Assembly: GCA_002633005.1 (NCBI GenBank)
Contig: NMRA01000352.1
Location: forward strand, 62,001 to 126,000
Direction of reading: 5' to 3'
Source: Phoronis australis
Lineage: Eukaryota > Animalia > Phoronida
DNA length: 64,000 nt
Shown: positions 1 through 13,208 of the stretch, one piece after another
Layout of the letters: each line of letters begins with the position of its first letter
How positions within the stretch are numbered: the first letter of the stretch is position 1
Notes under the pieces: generated by a model
Database searches by the model: none
Told to the model about the DNA's origin: nothing
Seen by the model: only the letters and a program-made list of their open reading frames with translations
Position numbers and translations under genes: made by a program

Positions 1-168
1 TATAAAACGATTTGCGATATAAGGAAATTCTTCTATTTCTGGATATAATAGGTTTTAAAATATAGATGCAACTGAAATCAGACGCTGTTAATTACATGTG
101 AAGATAACACTGGTGTTATTTGCTGACAAGGGAAACTGCTAAACCATTTAAAATACAAAGAAACTTAC

Positions 169-226
169 CCACAAGAGTAATGCCTAACAGTAGAAAAACT
201 AATGCCAGTAATCCCTTTCTTCCCAT
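169..226 (-). CDS. First coding exon (signal peptide) of a secreted or membrane protein gene running off the left edge
   Basis: ATG at 226 reads MGRKGLLALVFLLLGITLV(G): basic n-region then hydrophobic core, ending at a phase-1 G|GTAAGT donor. Confidence 0.7.
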
Positions 227-1052
227 CTGGCTTAAACCTCATCTACAAAGGACTGGAGAACGTTCCGGTGTGTACTCATAGTCGCGATTGGGAGTTCTTG
301 CCGCCTGTACATTTTGATAGAGGGTCTTGAACGAGTCGTGCGTGTGAGCTCAAATGTCGATAACATCCAGATTATGAGATGTTATCATTAGTTGGGTTTT
401 CAACGATCGTATGAACCGCTTCTGGATCAATAATTTAACGAACAACCTGATCATGGTATATAGGCGGTAGTATGTAACCAATAATCAATAGGCTGGCGTC
501 GATATATTAAAAGTTGGTAAAAATTACGGCATGGTTTCACGTAATAACCAATTGCCAGTACGAGTATTTTTGGAAGAGGGTTATTTTTGAAGACTGTTCA
601 AAGAGTAGCTGACACCACGTAACGTTTTAAAGTATCCCATAATCACGAAGTTTTACCTACTTCATACATTCCTGAGATAATATAATTCGGAATAGTGTCA
701 AAAGCGCTTTCCGTCGGCTCGTCAACAATAAGCATTAAACGCCCGCAACTGCATCAGTGGGAGTTTATGTCTTGTGCCTCCAAAAGAGAACGTCTTTCAC
801 CATGTACTTTTTCGAATGTTAAACTCCGATATTGCGACACTTTTAAAAACTCCAGGCACAAAGGGTTCCATCACAGACCATGTACCAAAACAATCCTTTG
901 TAAGTTGGCGCCATAATGAAAACCATATTGGAAATTTATTGAAAACCATTTCTAGAATATCTGTTATCACTGAAAAGTTACAGCCTCCAGAGAATATAAA
1001 ATTGCAAATGGGACTGTTGGACCTTATTAGTGTTAAAATACGAATATAGTGC

Positions 1053-1424
1053 TCTCAAGTCCAAAAATAGTCCTGCTCAAACTTTTTGCAGAGGAAACAA
1101 TAAAACAAAATAATAATTTAATGAGGTAAAAGCACTGATAACAAATTTCCGTGATGATTTCCAATATGGCGGCGAAACAGGCCACGCGAGACTAAATTTT
1201 GAACGGCCAGATTTGGATAAATATACGTCACGAGGATAAATAATAATTTATTTTCTTATAGTCTTAGTCATCGCCTGCTGTGTAATCGTCTGAATGGGAT
1301 GTAAACAAATCATCACTTGGAGTGCTTTACATATCATTATTCAAACAATTATTGTTTTTGTAGTTTCCTCTGCGAAATGGACTAAGATTTAACGTTTGCT
1401 CAACATTTCATATTTTGGACTTGA
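1053..1424. mobile_element. Palindromic MITE-like element
   Basis: Long imperfect inverted arms: tcaagtccaaaaata/tattttggacttga, gcagaggaaac/gtttcctctgc, gtaaaagcact/agtgctttac. Confidence 0.55.
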
Positions 1425-2229
1425 CTAAAGCGCATATAATTAGCTTAGATTGTCGCATACTGATAAAACAGTCTGTGGCACACTCAGTAGTAAGAAAAGT
1501 GAACTTGAATCTGTCTGAGCCTTATGAGCTTGTATTACTCAACGATAACCCCTGGTCGTGGAAAGTGATAAATTGACCAAAGGCGTAAAAAGGTGGTGAA
1601 GTATTGTTTCTGTGAAAAACAAAGTATTCAAGGATTTAGGCAATGAAACAAGTTAATAGTACCGCCATATCTGATGAATTAATAAAACTACTAAAATACA
1701 ACAAATCAATAAATGCATTAAATGAACCTCATGACGCTGTTATGATTGTGAAGTGAAGGTACGCCGGGGCTTCAGGGAGTGAACACACTATTTATCACTG
1801 ACCTAAATTGGTCTTTGTTCGGTATCCAGGTGTGGGTAATAAAACATGGTAATTAAGCTTGATCAATAATAAAATCATCAAATATCATGCCAATAAAAAG
1901 AGTGCAGATGGGCTGATGCCTTTTGCGATACATCAGGCAAGTTTACGCCGCAAGCCCGGGCCCATTGACACTAATTACCTGAATATGACTTATGAGGACC
2001 CCACATCATCGGTTTCCTCATTGATAAAATCTTTCAATCTGCCTATTTGTTTGAGAAATACAGAAAGACTTTTAAACCTGTATGAATTAACAATGTCAGC
2101 CAGTTGGGATAGGTGTCCGTCACGTAGTAAGATTACGTTGTTTATTGTAAGCAGGGCAAATCTCTACCAGACGTTTAGGAGTCTCGGCCTCCAAGCCACA
2201 CTGGGGACAAAATTAACATGACAAGCCTG

Positions 2230-3468
2230 CGGTGGCGATCAGATGCCTGTTATCAAGTCTATCTAAACATAACAGTTTCTTTGAACCGCTCTTTTGTCCC
2301 CTTTTCCAGCCCTTTTTATCCCCTTTCCCCGTTTTTAGCCTCTTTTCCCGCCCTTTTTATCCGTTTCCTCCGCCATTTTAATACCCTTTTCCCGCCATTT
2401 TATCCCCTTTTCCCGCCATTTTTATCCCCTTTCCCGCCCTTTTTATCCCCCTTTTAAAGCGACATATGATCTTCATTCAATCTGTGTTTCTTTGGCCGAA
2501 GGCGGTTTCAGTACAGCGGCTGTAACTGGAAAGTGTCTGTGCTGTGCAACTTTAAGAAAATACCGATTTTCCTAACACCCTTCCAAACCGTTGATTCAGT
2601 CGATCGGGGCAAATGAGTATCTGGGGAGGTAACTGAATGTTGTTATCGAGCAAAGAATGTCTGTTACCAGTAAAGAACTTGTAATGCGTGCCAGTGTATG
2701 CTGTTGCAGAAAGGATCGGCATTTGCTGCTCTTGAGATGGGGCTCTCAGTTCACACGGGAGGGTACTGTCTCACTGTGAAAAATTGAGACCAACGTGTTG
2801 CCGGGTGGTGAAATGCTGCAGACTAGGGTGGATATTTTGCCCACTCGAGTATCGTCTCTGGTCCGTATGGCTTTATGATATCAAGAATGGCCTTGTAACG
2901 CTTGCAATCAGTGTATGTGTTGCAGCTCTCGTACTAAGAATAATGAGAATGTGTGTACAAACTGTGAGACAGGAACAACAACACTATGCCATTAATAACA
3001 GGCCATTAATCAAACAAAATATGTTCAATTAGATAATGAAATAATATATAATGCTTCGTGATTTCTGGGTTTGTCATTATTTTTCCTTGCATGGTCCGTG
3101 TATTCTTCAATAAATATATATCGTCTTGATGGAATAATACATATGTGGGGGACGCGCCCTCCCTTTGTGAATTACGGAGTTACCACTTTTTGTATACTTT
3201 TTGGGGGTTTCCTTATCACCCATGTTTTGGACGGGTCTTCACGCGCATTCTCTTGCTCTATAAAAAGCGGCGCGCTTGTAGATTAATTCGCGGACTGTCT
3301 GGGTGTGAAATCCGCACCAGCTACAAGTTCGCAATCACAATGAGTGACGTATTGTAACAAAGAGTCTATTAGTTGCCCAATACTTTTCTTTACATTCTTT
3401 TCCACTGATTGTAATTTTCGGCTACAATAATAAATTCGAATGTATTTTTAATTTATTGAACTCCTCCT
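2230..3468. repeat. Copy 1 of a ~1.2-kb direct duplication (copy 2 at 5092-6489)
   Basis: Near-identical sequence either side of the N gap, with SNPs and indels; paired ORFs 2784/5896, 3071/6120, 3145/6167. Confidence 0.9.
2283..2456. repeat. C/T-rich minisatellite, ~18-20 nt unit (cccttttcccgccattttta-like)
   Basis: Visible tandem units; related copy at ~5340-5518. Confidence 0.8.
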
Positions 3469-4641
3469 TTTTCTCCCGCTTCTGGCTTTTCTATTTCAAT
3501 ACTCGAATTTCAAAACGAAACAGCTGCATCTATCCGTCAAGTCGACACCGGGGACTACTCACAACATCTAAAAACACAACGCTGCAGATAACATCCCTGC
3601 TACACATAGTTTTTGTCATTTCAAGAAATACCCACGTAAGAAAATAGCATTTGAATACATTCTTTGCAAAAGAAGGCAAGCTGTCAAAATGATTTCGATT
3701 GACTTCACAGTCACAATGATGAATCATCAACAATTACTTATTGTCTTTATGCATTGTTTTTAAAATCCTAAACAAATTTAATTACCCTTAACATCGTTCA
3801 CAACGTAACATTATTTTTGTGTTTCGTTTGCCTAAAAGTGACGTCATTTCTTGACGTTTTGGATAATGTAATGCACCTTCCTCATTAGAGTGATTCAAGT
3901 ATAAGTTGAAGTCCACTTCTTTGAAATAAGACAATTCACACTCAGGAATAAAGTAGATGTTTCATTTATTTGAAATCTCATGCAGAGCTATCTAGCTCTG
4001 TAAACCATTGCTTTTGATTTGTTTAGGGATAGAAACCTTTGTTATGGTGTTTTAGTGTCCTAGATTCTAATGGTTGACCTACAAAAGCCGTCTGACGTCA
4101 GTAGGTCACCCGTGTTAAAAATCTGCGAGCATGCCTGCGGAAATTGCTTATAACATTCCGTTTTGATAAACAAATTCGTTGATTTCTGATTTATTTGTTT
4201 ATGTATCAATGACTGTACTTCGGGAGCAAGTTTTCTGTTATACAAAATTTGTTGAATGCACGACACTTTTCATTGTTCACGGTCTTTATTCCGTTGCGTT
4301 CATACTTTCTGAACAAAACTCTACTCTCAACTGAACATAGATACAGTAACTGACCTAGCGACATAATTAAAAGACACTCGATATTTCGAAGCATACTTGT
4401 TTCATTCTCAAGTGAAGATAAAATGACGCAGTAATGCCACCACGGAGTATAAGCTGACGACACACATAGTGAGAAACGGCGGGTGTGAAATACTGCAAAG
4501 AATGCCATGAATTGGGGTAACAGGAAAGTCACGCAAACAAGTGTAACGTGCGGCGCGACCCTGTTTGCTGCTCATTCAAAATAGGCTTCTCAAAAGCAAT
4601 TAAAAGGGACTCTAATACTTTCAAACGCAGCACATCTTGCT

Positions 4642-5091
4642 NNNNNNNNNNNNNNNNNNNNNNNNNNNNNNNNNNNNNNNNNNNNNNNNNNNNNNNNNNN
4701 NNNNNNNNNNNNNNNNNNNNNNNNNNNNNNNNNNNNNNNNNNNNNNNNNNNNNNNNNNNNNNNNNNNNNNNNNNNNNNNNNNNNNNNNNNNNNNNNNNNN
4801 NNNNNNNNNNNNNNNNNNNNNNNNNNNNNNNNNNNNNNNNNNNNNNNNNNNNNNNNNNNNNNNNNNNNNNNNNNNNNNNNNNNNNNNNNNNNNNNNNNNN
4901 NNNNNNNNNNNNNNNNNNNNNNNNNNNNNNNNNNNNNNNNNNNNNNNNNNNNNNNNNNNNNNNNNNNNNNNNNNNNNNNNNNNNNNNNNNNNNNNNNNNN
5001 NNNNNNNNNNNNNNNNNNNNNNNNNNNNNNNNNNNNNNNNNNNNNNNNNNNNNNNNNNNNNNNNNNNNNNNNNNNNNNNNNNNNNNNNNNN
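4642..5091. other. Assembly gap (N run)
   Basis: Continuous run of n. Confidence 1.
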
Positions 5092-6489
5092 AACAATAAC
5101 GTGGATCCGATGCCTGTTAGCAAGTCTATCCAAACATAACAGTTTCTTTGAACCTTGTTGTTCAATATAGGCCTTGGAAATAAATGTTTGGTTTGTCGGC
5201 AAACGGAGATCTTTCTCCATGCATCTACGGACAGTTTGTCTTACCTACTTGCTCTGCAGCACCTGTAGGCAACTGGCATGCAAGCTTCTGGTATAAAACA
5301 GAGTGCACTTTGTCCTTTTGAAAATGAAATTGAGCATTTTTGTACCCTTTTCCCTCCATTTTTATCGCATTTCCCACCTTTTTAGCTTTTCCCGCACTTT
5401 TTATTCCATTTCCGCTCTTTTGTCCCCTTTTCCAGCCCTTTTTATCCCCTTTTTCGTTTTTTTAGCCTCTTTTCCCGCCATTTTTATCCCCTTTCCCGCC
5501 CTTTTTATCCCCCTTTTAAAGCGACATATGACCTACATTCAGTCTGTGTTTGTTTGGCCGAAGGCGGTTTCAGTACAGCGGCTATAACTGGAAAGTGTCT
5601 GTGCTGTGCAACTTTAAGAAAATACCGATTTTCCTGACACCCTTCCAAACCGTTGATTCAGTCGATCGGGGCAAATGAGTATCTGGGGAGGTAACTGTAT
5701 GTGGTTATCGAGCAAAGAAAGTCTGTTACCAGTAAAGAACTTGTAATGCGTGTGTAAGGAAATGCTGTTGCAGAAATCATCGGCATTCGCTGTTCTTGAG
5801 ATGGGGCTCTCAGTTCACACGGGAGGGTACTGTCTCACTGTGACTAGGGTAGATATTCTGCCCCCTCGAGTATCGTCTCTGGTCCGTATGGCTTTATGAT
5901 AGTCAACAATGGCCTTGTAACGCTTGCAATCAGTGTATGTGTTGCAGCTCTCGTACTAAGAATAATGAGAATGTCTGTACAAACTGTGAGACAGGAACAA
6001 CAACACTATGCCATTAATAACAGGCCATTTAATCAAACAAAATATGTTCAATTAGATAATGACATAATATATAAAGCTTCGCGATTTCTGGGTTTGTCAT
6101 TATTTTCCTTGCATGGTCCGTGTATTCTTCAATAAATATATATCGCCTTGATCGAATAATACATATGTGGGGGACGCGCCCTCCCTTTGTGAATTACGGG
6201 GTTACCACTTTCTGTATACTTTTTGGGGATTTCCTTATCACCCATGTTTTGGACTCGTCTTCACGCGCATTCTCTTGCTCTATAAAAAGCGGCGCGCTTG
6301 TAGATTAATTGGCGGACTGTCTGGGTGTGAAATCCGCACCAGCTACAAGTTCGCAATCACAATGAGTGACGTATTGTAACAAAGAGTCTATTAGTTGCCC
6401 AATACTTTTCTTTACATTCTTTTCCACTGATTGTAATTTTCGGCTACAATAATAAATTCGAATGTATTTTTAATTTATTGAACTCCTCC
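5092..6489. repeat. Copy 2 of the ~1.2-kb duplication, probably an alternate haplotype contig
   Basis: Bounded exactly by the N gap and the single n at 6490. Confidence 0.9.
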
Positions 6490-6490
6490 N

Positions 6491-6685
6491 GCCGTATTCC
6501 GAATTTGACACTTGAAATTGGATTTGAGCCCCCCCCCCAACACTAAAACTGCACACATTTAAATCTTGTTTCATTCGTATAATTTTAATTACCATGGTTA
6601 CTTAATAAACTCAACATTTCCCTATGCTCTTGCTGTTTTATTTTTGCGGCAGCCAAGGGGGGCCAGCCCCCCCCTAAATCCGCCT
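6491..6685. mobile_element. Right end of a GC-rich-TIR MITE (Harbinger-like), truncated by the contig junction
   Basis: Ends gggggccagccccccctaaatccgcct, resembling common invertebrate MITE termini; left end not visible. Confidence 0.4.
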
Positions 6686-6689
6686 ATGC

Positions 6690-8600
6690 AGATACACATG
6701 TGTCATCACTTACTAAGTTCAGCTTTTTCAAACTAATTTTTGTAAATACCTTTCTATTAATATGGAAATATTTAAAAGTTTTAACGTAAGAAGGTAACAA
6801 AAGTTCGTGTGGAAGTACATAAATTTGTTTAATTCGTTGTCTAGAGTAAATGTCAGTTAAGCTGTACTCTACATCAGGAGGTGAAACAATTTTGGAAAGC
6901 AAAATATTTCTAGAAAAAACAGTAGTTATTTCACTTAACCGGTTAACCGGGAAGTATGCATACATTTTGACCTGAAAAGCTCAGCTTTCAACTTCATCGG
7001 ACGTCTCAAAGCAGCATAATGAATCCAATTTGAAAGCTTATATCTCTCAAAACCTCCCATGTCAGAAATTTGTTTTCGAGATTCAAAAGATCTTTCACAA
7101 ATATAATACCAGCCTCAAAGAAACTATTAAATAATACAGTCCTCCCATTAATCAATATGTTTTTGTTATTCCACACTACTTTGTTTACAATTGTTATGTC
7201 CTTATGTAAATGAACCATAATATCTTCCCAAGCAATCAAGATGTCATGATAGAAGGTATCAATATTTGCAAGAGCCAGAAAATTACAGTCATAATTTGAT
7301 TTAAAGATCCGACTACGTCCATCTGTTTTGAAAACATACATTAGAAACACTTCAAAAACTCTATTGTTTCATCTAAGCAACGCGTAACCCACTTAACTAG
7401 TAATGACTTGTACATAATATTTATATCAGAACTGGCAAACCACCATTTTCGCGGGAATTTACAACTAATTTTTTGTCTAATTCTGAATGACTTATTTTGC
7501 CAAACAAAACTTTTTATTGTAGTATTTATCTCAGCTCTACGCTCAATGCCAATCCCTAAATTACTCGTAACACAAATTAAATTAGACAGCGCAAAAATTT
7601 TAATTACATTGATCCTGCCAAACAATGAACTGGAGTGCGAGTTTTCCAGATATCAAGAGACTTTTAAAACGACTTAATTTTTAGTTCAAAATTTAAAAAA
7701 TCATGCTCTTGTTTGTTACGATTAAAAATATTCCCAGACTCTTGATTGGTTTGCCAGTCCACTTGAAGCCATAAAGTGGTTCAGAACACTCTTTTTCTCG
7801 ACCTAAACACTACCCTTCACATTTCTTAATATTTAGGTGGAGCCCAGAGAATGAACCAAAATGTTAAAAAATTTAAAAAAATTCATTCCTGTATTTTTGT
7901 CATGGAGAAATATGGTAGTCATCTGCATAATGGAGAATTTCAACTTCAGTTTTCGCAAAATTCATGCCTTTTATTAAATTAAAATTCCGTATATAATTGG
8001 CCGTAACAACAGCTAGGTAAAATAATGGACTTGACAATGAATCACCCCGTCTTACACCCCTTTCTGAACGAAAAAAATCTGTAGTAAAACCATTATTGGC
8101 AACACAAGCAGTTGTTTTACTGTAAATTATTTCCACTCATCTTGTAAAACCCTGTCCAAGATTAAAAGCCATCAAAGCTTGAAAAATAAAGTCCCATTTT
8201 ATTGTATCATAGGCCTTGCAAAAGTCCAAAAATAGAATGTGTCCTTGACCATCAGTAATGTTTGTATAAATATAGATTATTACATGGCGAAGTCGTTATC
8301 CCCGTTATCTAGAGCACGAGGGGATTTTGGACAATTCTACAAAATCCACGAGGGCGAAGCCCGAGTTCAAATACTTTTGCATCACAAACACGTACGTTGT
8401 ATAACCTATACATATATCTTGAATGATACGTATATTGTATCCTATATGTCGTCCTTTAACAGCTGTTTGACCTGGGTGAACCAGTTTTCCCGTATTAATT
8501 ATATGTGCGCTGCAAGAACTTTTGTTAGTATCTTATAATCAGTGTTCAATAAAGATATTGGACACCAACTTGTTAACAATGGATACACCAATTGATTTAT
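6690..8600 (-). mobile_element. Decayed L1/Tx1-like non-LTR retrotransposon (ORF2 reverse transcriptase and C-terminal region)
   Basis: Frameshifted RT motifs in order: PISLLNTDYKILTKVLA (~8510-8560), LDFCKAYDT (~8205-8230), RGVRRGDSLSSPLF, YADD (~7920), GRINVIK, VWNNKNILINGRTVLF. Confidence 0.85.
8268..8400. mobile_element. Short non-autonomous insertion interrupting the LINE
   Basis: Breaks RT continuity; carries the palindromic cgagggcgaagcccgag motif. Confidence 0.4.
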
Positions 8601-9879
8601 TGACCGCCATGTTGATGAATTCATAAGCTCTCTAGCGACACCTGGGTGAAACCAAGCGATGTAACAAATGTGTACTATTTCAATCAGTTCCATTGCAATA
8701 GTCACCCAGAGGAATATGTCTTCCCTAGAATTTTGAGTAACATTATTATGCCACATGGTTGGCACTTCTGTCTCAACAATGATGGTTGATATTACCCCCA
8801 AATTGGTTTTCTCTGGCACTTGCACCGAGTTTAACCTGCAACTGCTGAGAGTAGTTTTAACTGGACACATTTTAAATATTACAAAATGACTAAAAAGTCA
8901 ATTAATTTTGTGTTCATCTTGACCAAGGGCACTTGTTAAAGGAACAATGTTTTTAAATATTTTCGTTACTTCACCACTTTTAATACCCCTGTGTACTTGT
9001 TTTTTTTTTTCTTACCGGGAACAGATTGGTATCTTTTTATTCAAACTTGTAGTACCAAAACTGTGGTAGATTTTGATTGCCAGCGAAACTTAATTAGTTT
9101 AGTTAACTGTGAACCCATCCCTGAACTTTCCAGATTAAGACTAACACTAAACATCTCATAGCGAACAAAACTACATGTGACATTAGTTCAAATTTAATTT
9201 TTATAAGATTTCAAATCATAAGATAAAAACAAAAGTGGAAATAGTATAGTGATAGCCAAATTGAAGATTTGAAATCCCTGGACAATTTCGGTGGCACTGA
9301 CTACATAACTATTCTAGATTTTTGTCAGTCTTAAAAATGAGAGTAGGCACGAATTAAAAACAACCGTTTCCTATTCAAAAATCTGGTTAAACGAGATTGA
9401 AAGAATATTAAAAGAATAATCAATTGTGAACTCTGATCAAAGAGCGTTTGCAAATCCACCGAGTATATCAATACCCACGGTCGTTTATCTTCAATCGTAT
9501 CCAATGGTTGTAGTTTTCAGCTTAGGCCTATTACTTCATCGATTTTTAAAAATCGAAAACCTGATTTGGTTATTTTTTTCTAGCTGAATACCGCCATGGT
9601 GTTCGTTTTTAAGGAAAATTATTGGTTATCATTTTGAAAATTTACCATTATGTACAGGTAGAGATGTTTATTACAGCTTTTGGTCGGGTGATTACACTAA
9701 ATGGGACTTGCGCGCACCGGACAATGCAAACATCAAAACTCTATCCGCCGCGCTCGTTTCGTGAATTCAAAATTCCCACTTTTAGAATGTGCGTGACGTC
9801 CTACTTGTAAGCGTATTATTCACGGTGAACGGAGGAGTAATCAGATGGTTTAATCAGCGTGAGACATAAATCGCCGATA

Positions 9880-10080
9880 ATTATGGCCCCGGGCCCCATT
9901 GGATGGCCACCAATGGCCGCGCAAGGACTGAAACAATGGCCGCGCAAGGACTGAATTCCAGTGATCATGCAAACAAATTATAATCGTTGTAGCGGCTTCA
10001 GCTGTAATCATCGACAGCCAATCAGAAATGGGAATGTACGATTTGACCGAAGCAGTATATTTTGTAGCAGAAGCGAGTTG
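9880..10080 (+). promoter_or_regulatory. Probable C2CD5 promoter and non-coding first exon
   Basis: CpG-rich; CCAAT boxes at 9910 and 10018; duplicated caatggccgcgcaaggactgaa; G|GTAAGG donor at 10080/10081; the ATG exon begins at an acceptor (13104), so an upstream exon is required. Confidence 0.55.
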
Positions 10081-11559
10081 GTAAGGTTCGAGGTTAGCTC
10101 AACTGTTCTACAGCTATCTCCTATATTTTGTAATGTGCATTGTTGATAATATAACTGTTAATCGATTTACACTAACAGGTTTCACAATGAAGCTCCTGAG
10201 TACTGTTGTAGATGTGCTTCCGGTGAATCATATGAGCCTCTGTTAGCCACTCGCTAGCGGCTAAACGGGGCCATCAATCATTCATGCATCAAATTTCCTC
10301 GCCGGTTTTATGGGGGTCGCTGGCTCGATTCTCGGGTAATCTCGGCTATTACTCTGTAGTAAATGTCGACGTCAGTCTCGGCTGTGGCGTCTCTATGTTG
10401 TGATGTCCTTTTCGTGTCAATGTTGGTCTTGGCCTGGTGCGACATCTAACGCCAGAAGAGCCCAGCCGAGGTCACACTCCTACCACGTGACGAGTCACCC
10501 ATCAAGACCACGTGACAAGATCGTCTGGGCCTTCTGGAGTTCGCTGCCGTCCTGTGCGGACGCAATGTGAGTATCCTCCAGATTGTTCTCTTGCACCGTG
10601 TTAATAGGCCCGAACTTGTGTGTCCTCTCGGCCAACCGACTCCACATAATTACAACAACTCTGATCTGGAGAAATTGTCCCAACTGGGAATGAGTTTCAC
10701 AATAGTGCCTTGGTTGGAGCAATTTTTTATCCACTCACTCCGCATTTGCCTGTCTAGATTGGTTGATTATTGGATGGTGTCAAACTTCACGTCATGCACA
10801 GATATTCGTCAAGTTTATCCAATTTGCATCGGAATTGCAGCCCACAGCACGTTGGCATTGGAAGGACGAATAGTCAGTATTTAATGCAACGGAGAAATAC
10901 AACAAGAAGAAACACATCGAACTTAAATGGTGTGAAAACATCCAGGTTGCAGAAGTGCTTGAGGGATATTGTGGCATACTAGTAGCGCATAAAAAACAGC
11001 GAGGCTGGAGTGTCACTATGTAATCTGGGATTGCCATATTCTCCTGTTCAGGAGATTTATACAGATCCTTAAACCACTGAATGAAATTTTCATTATATGG
11101 AGAAATTCTTCTGATATGCTGAAATTTTTCCTATGCAATGAAAATTTTTTGACTTAAGTACCTGATTCTGCTGTCCAGACAGACTACAGAGGACCAGTTG
11201 GTTATTCAACACTGAGTAAAGTCATTTTGTGTAAAATAGAATGTTGGTGTTACAGTTCTTCTATAGTTTGGACTACAAATGCACATCAATAATTGTTCTG
11301 AAGCACTGTCGTGGGTACAAACCTAGGACCATACTGCCAGGTACAAACTTGCCAAATGCTTGAGGACCTGCAGTTATTGAAAAATATGTGAAGGGAAGAT
11401 GGAGGTTTGGTAGAGAAGGTGCTGTAGCTTAGCAGATTGTATTAATTCTGCTCGTGTTCACTGACAACAAAGGGTGCACAAGGTGAAATATTGTTTATAT
11501 TTAAGCTGAAGTAATTGTTTCTGTGAGGGAGGTTTTGTAGAGAAATCCACATACCGATG

Positions 11560-12170
11560 ACAGGTATGCAACCCTGGCTGCTGGTGCGGGTGTCAAACGT
11601 CCAAACCATTTGGCCAATGATTTGCAGGGATTTTATTCAATTCTACGTCACACCTGGATGTCATTTGCCACAGTGCTCTTCCCCCTTTTACGGATTAATT
11701 GCGCCTCTTGGCCTTCAGGCCGGCCATGTCTTTTGTCTGAGAGTTGATGCTCCAAAGTTAGAAGCATGGCTCCTGATCGCCACTGAGGAGTGTTGACATC
11801 TATGGCCGTGGATTCTACTGTTGTTGAGTACTGATGTAGAAAATCCTCATAGTGACAGCTGGTATCAAACGCGGTCTGTCAGCATGGAGTCGAGTATCGA
11901 AACTGTTCAGCCAAAGAAGTGGGAATTGTCTCTTGGAAGGTGGTTTGGAGAGGCTTTATTCAACTCTACACCCGGAAATCATGTGTCACATGCCGACATC
12001 AGGCATCGAACACAGGATGCCGTATTGAGAGTCGAACATCCAAACTGCCACTTTGCAAGCAACTTAGAAAGGCTATATGATGGTCTGTCTCTCGTGGAAC
12101 CAGAAAATCATAACATCAGCTTGACAGGTGTTTGCCTGAGAGTGAGAAGTATTACAAGTTGAAACTGGCG
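11560..12170 (-). mobile_element. Highly decayed RTE-like LINE 3' region
   Basis: Fragmentary resemblance to the RTE ORF C-terminus (GHV-like, HLPR, WRS, basic tail); many stops. Confidence 0.3.
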
Positions 12171-13118
12171 TGGTCCAGCACCATTTAGTCACTAAAAGTC
12201 CTCAAGTACTGAAGCGAAGCGATATCTGCAGTTTTGAGTGTTGGATTAAGCATTCTTAACAAATTGTGTCATGTATTAATTTTAACCATCAACATAAATT
12301 AGCATCATTTGGGTTGGGCCTACAATGCTTCGCACATTTGTTTGATAGGATTTTCAATCCTTTTAAAGTTTGGACTGTAAACAAAAAGAATGGCTTTGCA
12401 CTCATAATTATCTCATGTCTTGTAACTGCTTTTATAAATTACACTCAACTCACCCTGATTACCTGCAGACAGCACAGTGCCATACCCTTTGTGTGTCCAA
12501 GGCAAAAAACCTAATCTGGTAGAAATAATTACAGGACCAGTGCTTTCTAATAGATTTACACACCCAATTAACTTGGGCATGTCTATGAATAGGCTTGACT
12601 TGCTGCTTGGCTGGGGTAAAGGACTTGCCCTAGTCTTAGTGTAGCACTAGTTTGTAAAGCAGTATTCTCATTGCATGTTGACTTTGCAAAGAAAGTTCTT
12701 GTTTTTAGCAACCAGTGGATTCATTTCAAAGTTAGCCTCTATGTCCGATAAACAAACAATCATTCACCTAGTCAGAGTTACTCACTGTAGAAACGCATGA
12801 AAACATTGCATCGACGGTTATTTTTGATGGGTTAATTAATTGCCTAAGTTGCTTTTCCGACTGTTCCAAAAAAATTCAATTTCTCCTGGAATATCGGTGT
12901 CCATAATTTTAGAAATCGTTTGAAATTGAAGTTTTTCTGTAGCCACAACTATTTCCCTGTTAAATCTGTTTTGCCTGTTCCACTTGTTGACAAGGTCAGA
13001 ACCATTTAGATATCTGTAACTTAGTGATACCCAGGTGATTTCAAGCACCTGTTTTTAATTTATTTATCTTAATAACTATTGTTGATGGGTTTTGTGTGTT
13101 TCAGTAGTCAACACCATC

Positions 13119-13208
13119 ATGCCAGCTAAAGTGAAAGTCCGAATTCTTTCTGCTCGAGATTTGCCTGTTATGGACAGGGCGAGTGACCTGACTGATGCCT
13201 TTGTAGAG
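13119..13208 (+). CDS. C2CD5: C2CD5 coding exon 1 (C2 domain start)
   Basis: MPAKVKVRILSARDLPVMDRASDLTDAFVE, GT donor. Confidence 0.95.

Noticed and set aside
3289-3315. Hammerhead ribozyme in the post-TATA hairpin
   Set aside because: GAAA is present but there is no CUGANGA core
4548-5220. Four long ORFs in the track
   Set aside because: They are artefacts of translating through the N gap
10567-10884. DIRS tyrosine recombinase (AHST motif)
   Set aside because: One short motif only; the catalytic Arg and other YR motifs are absent
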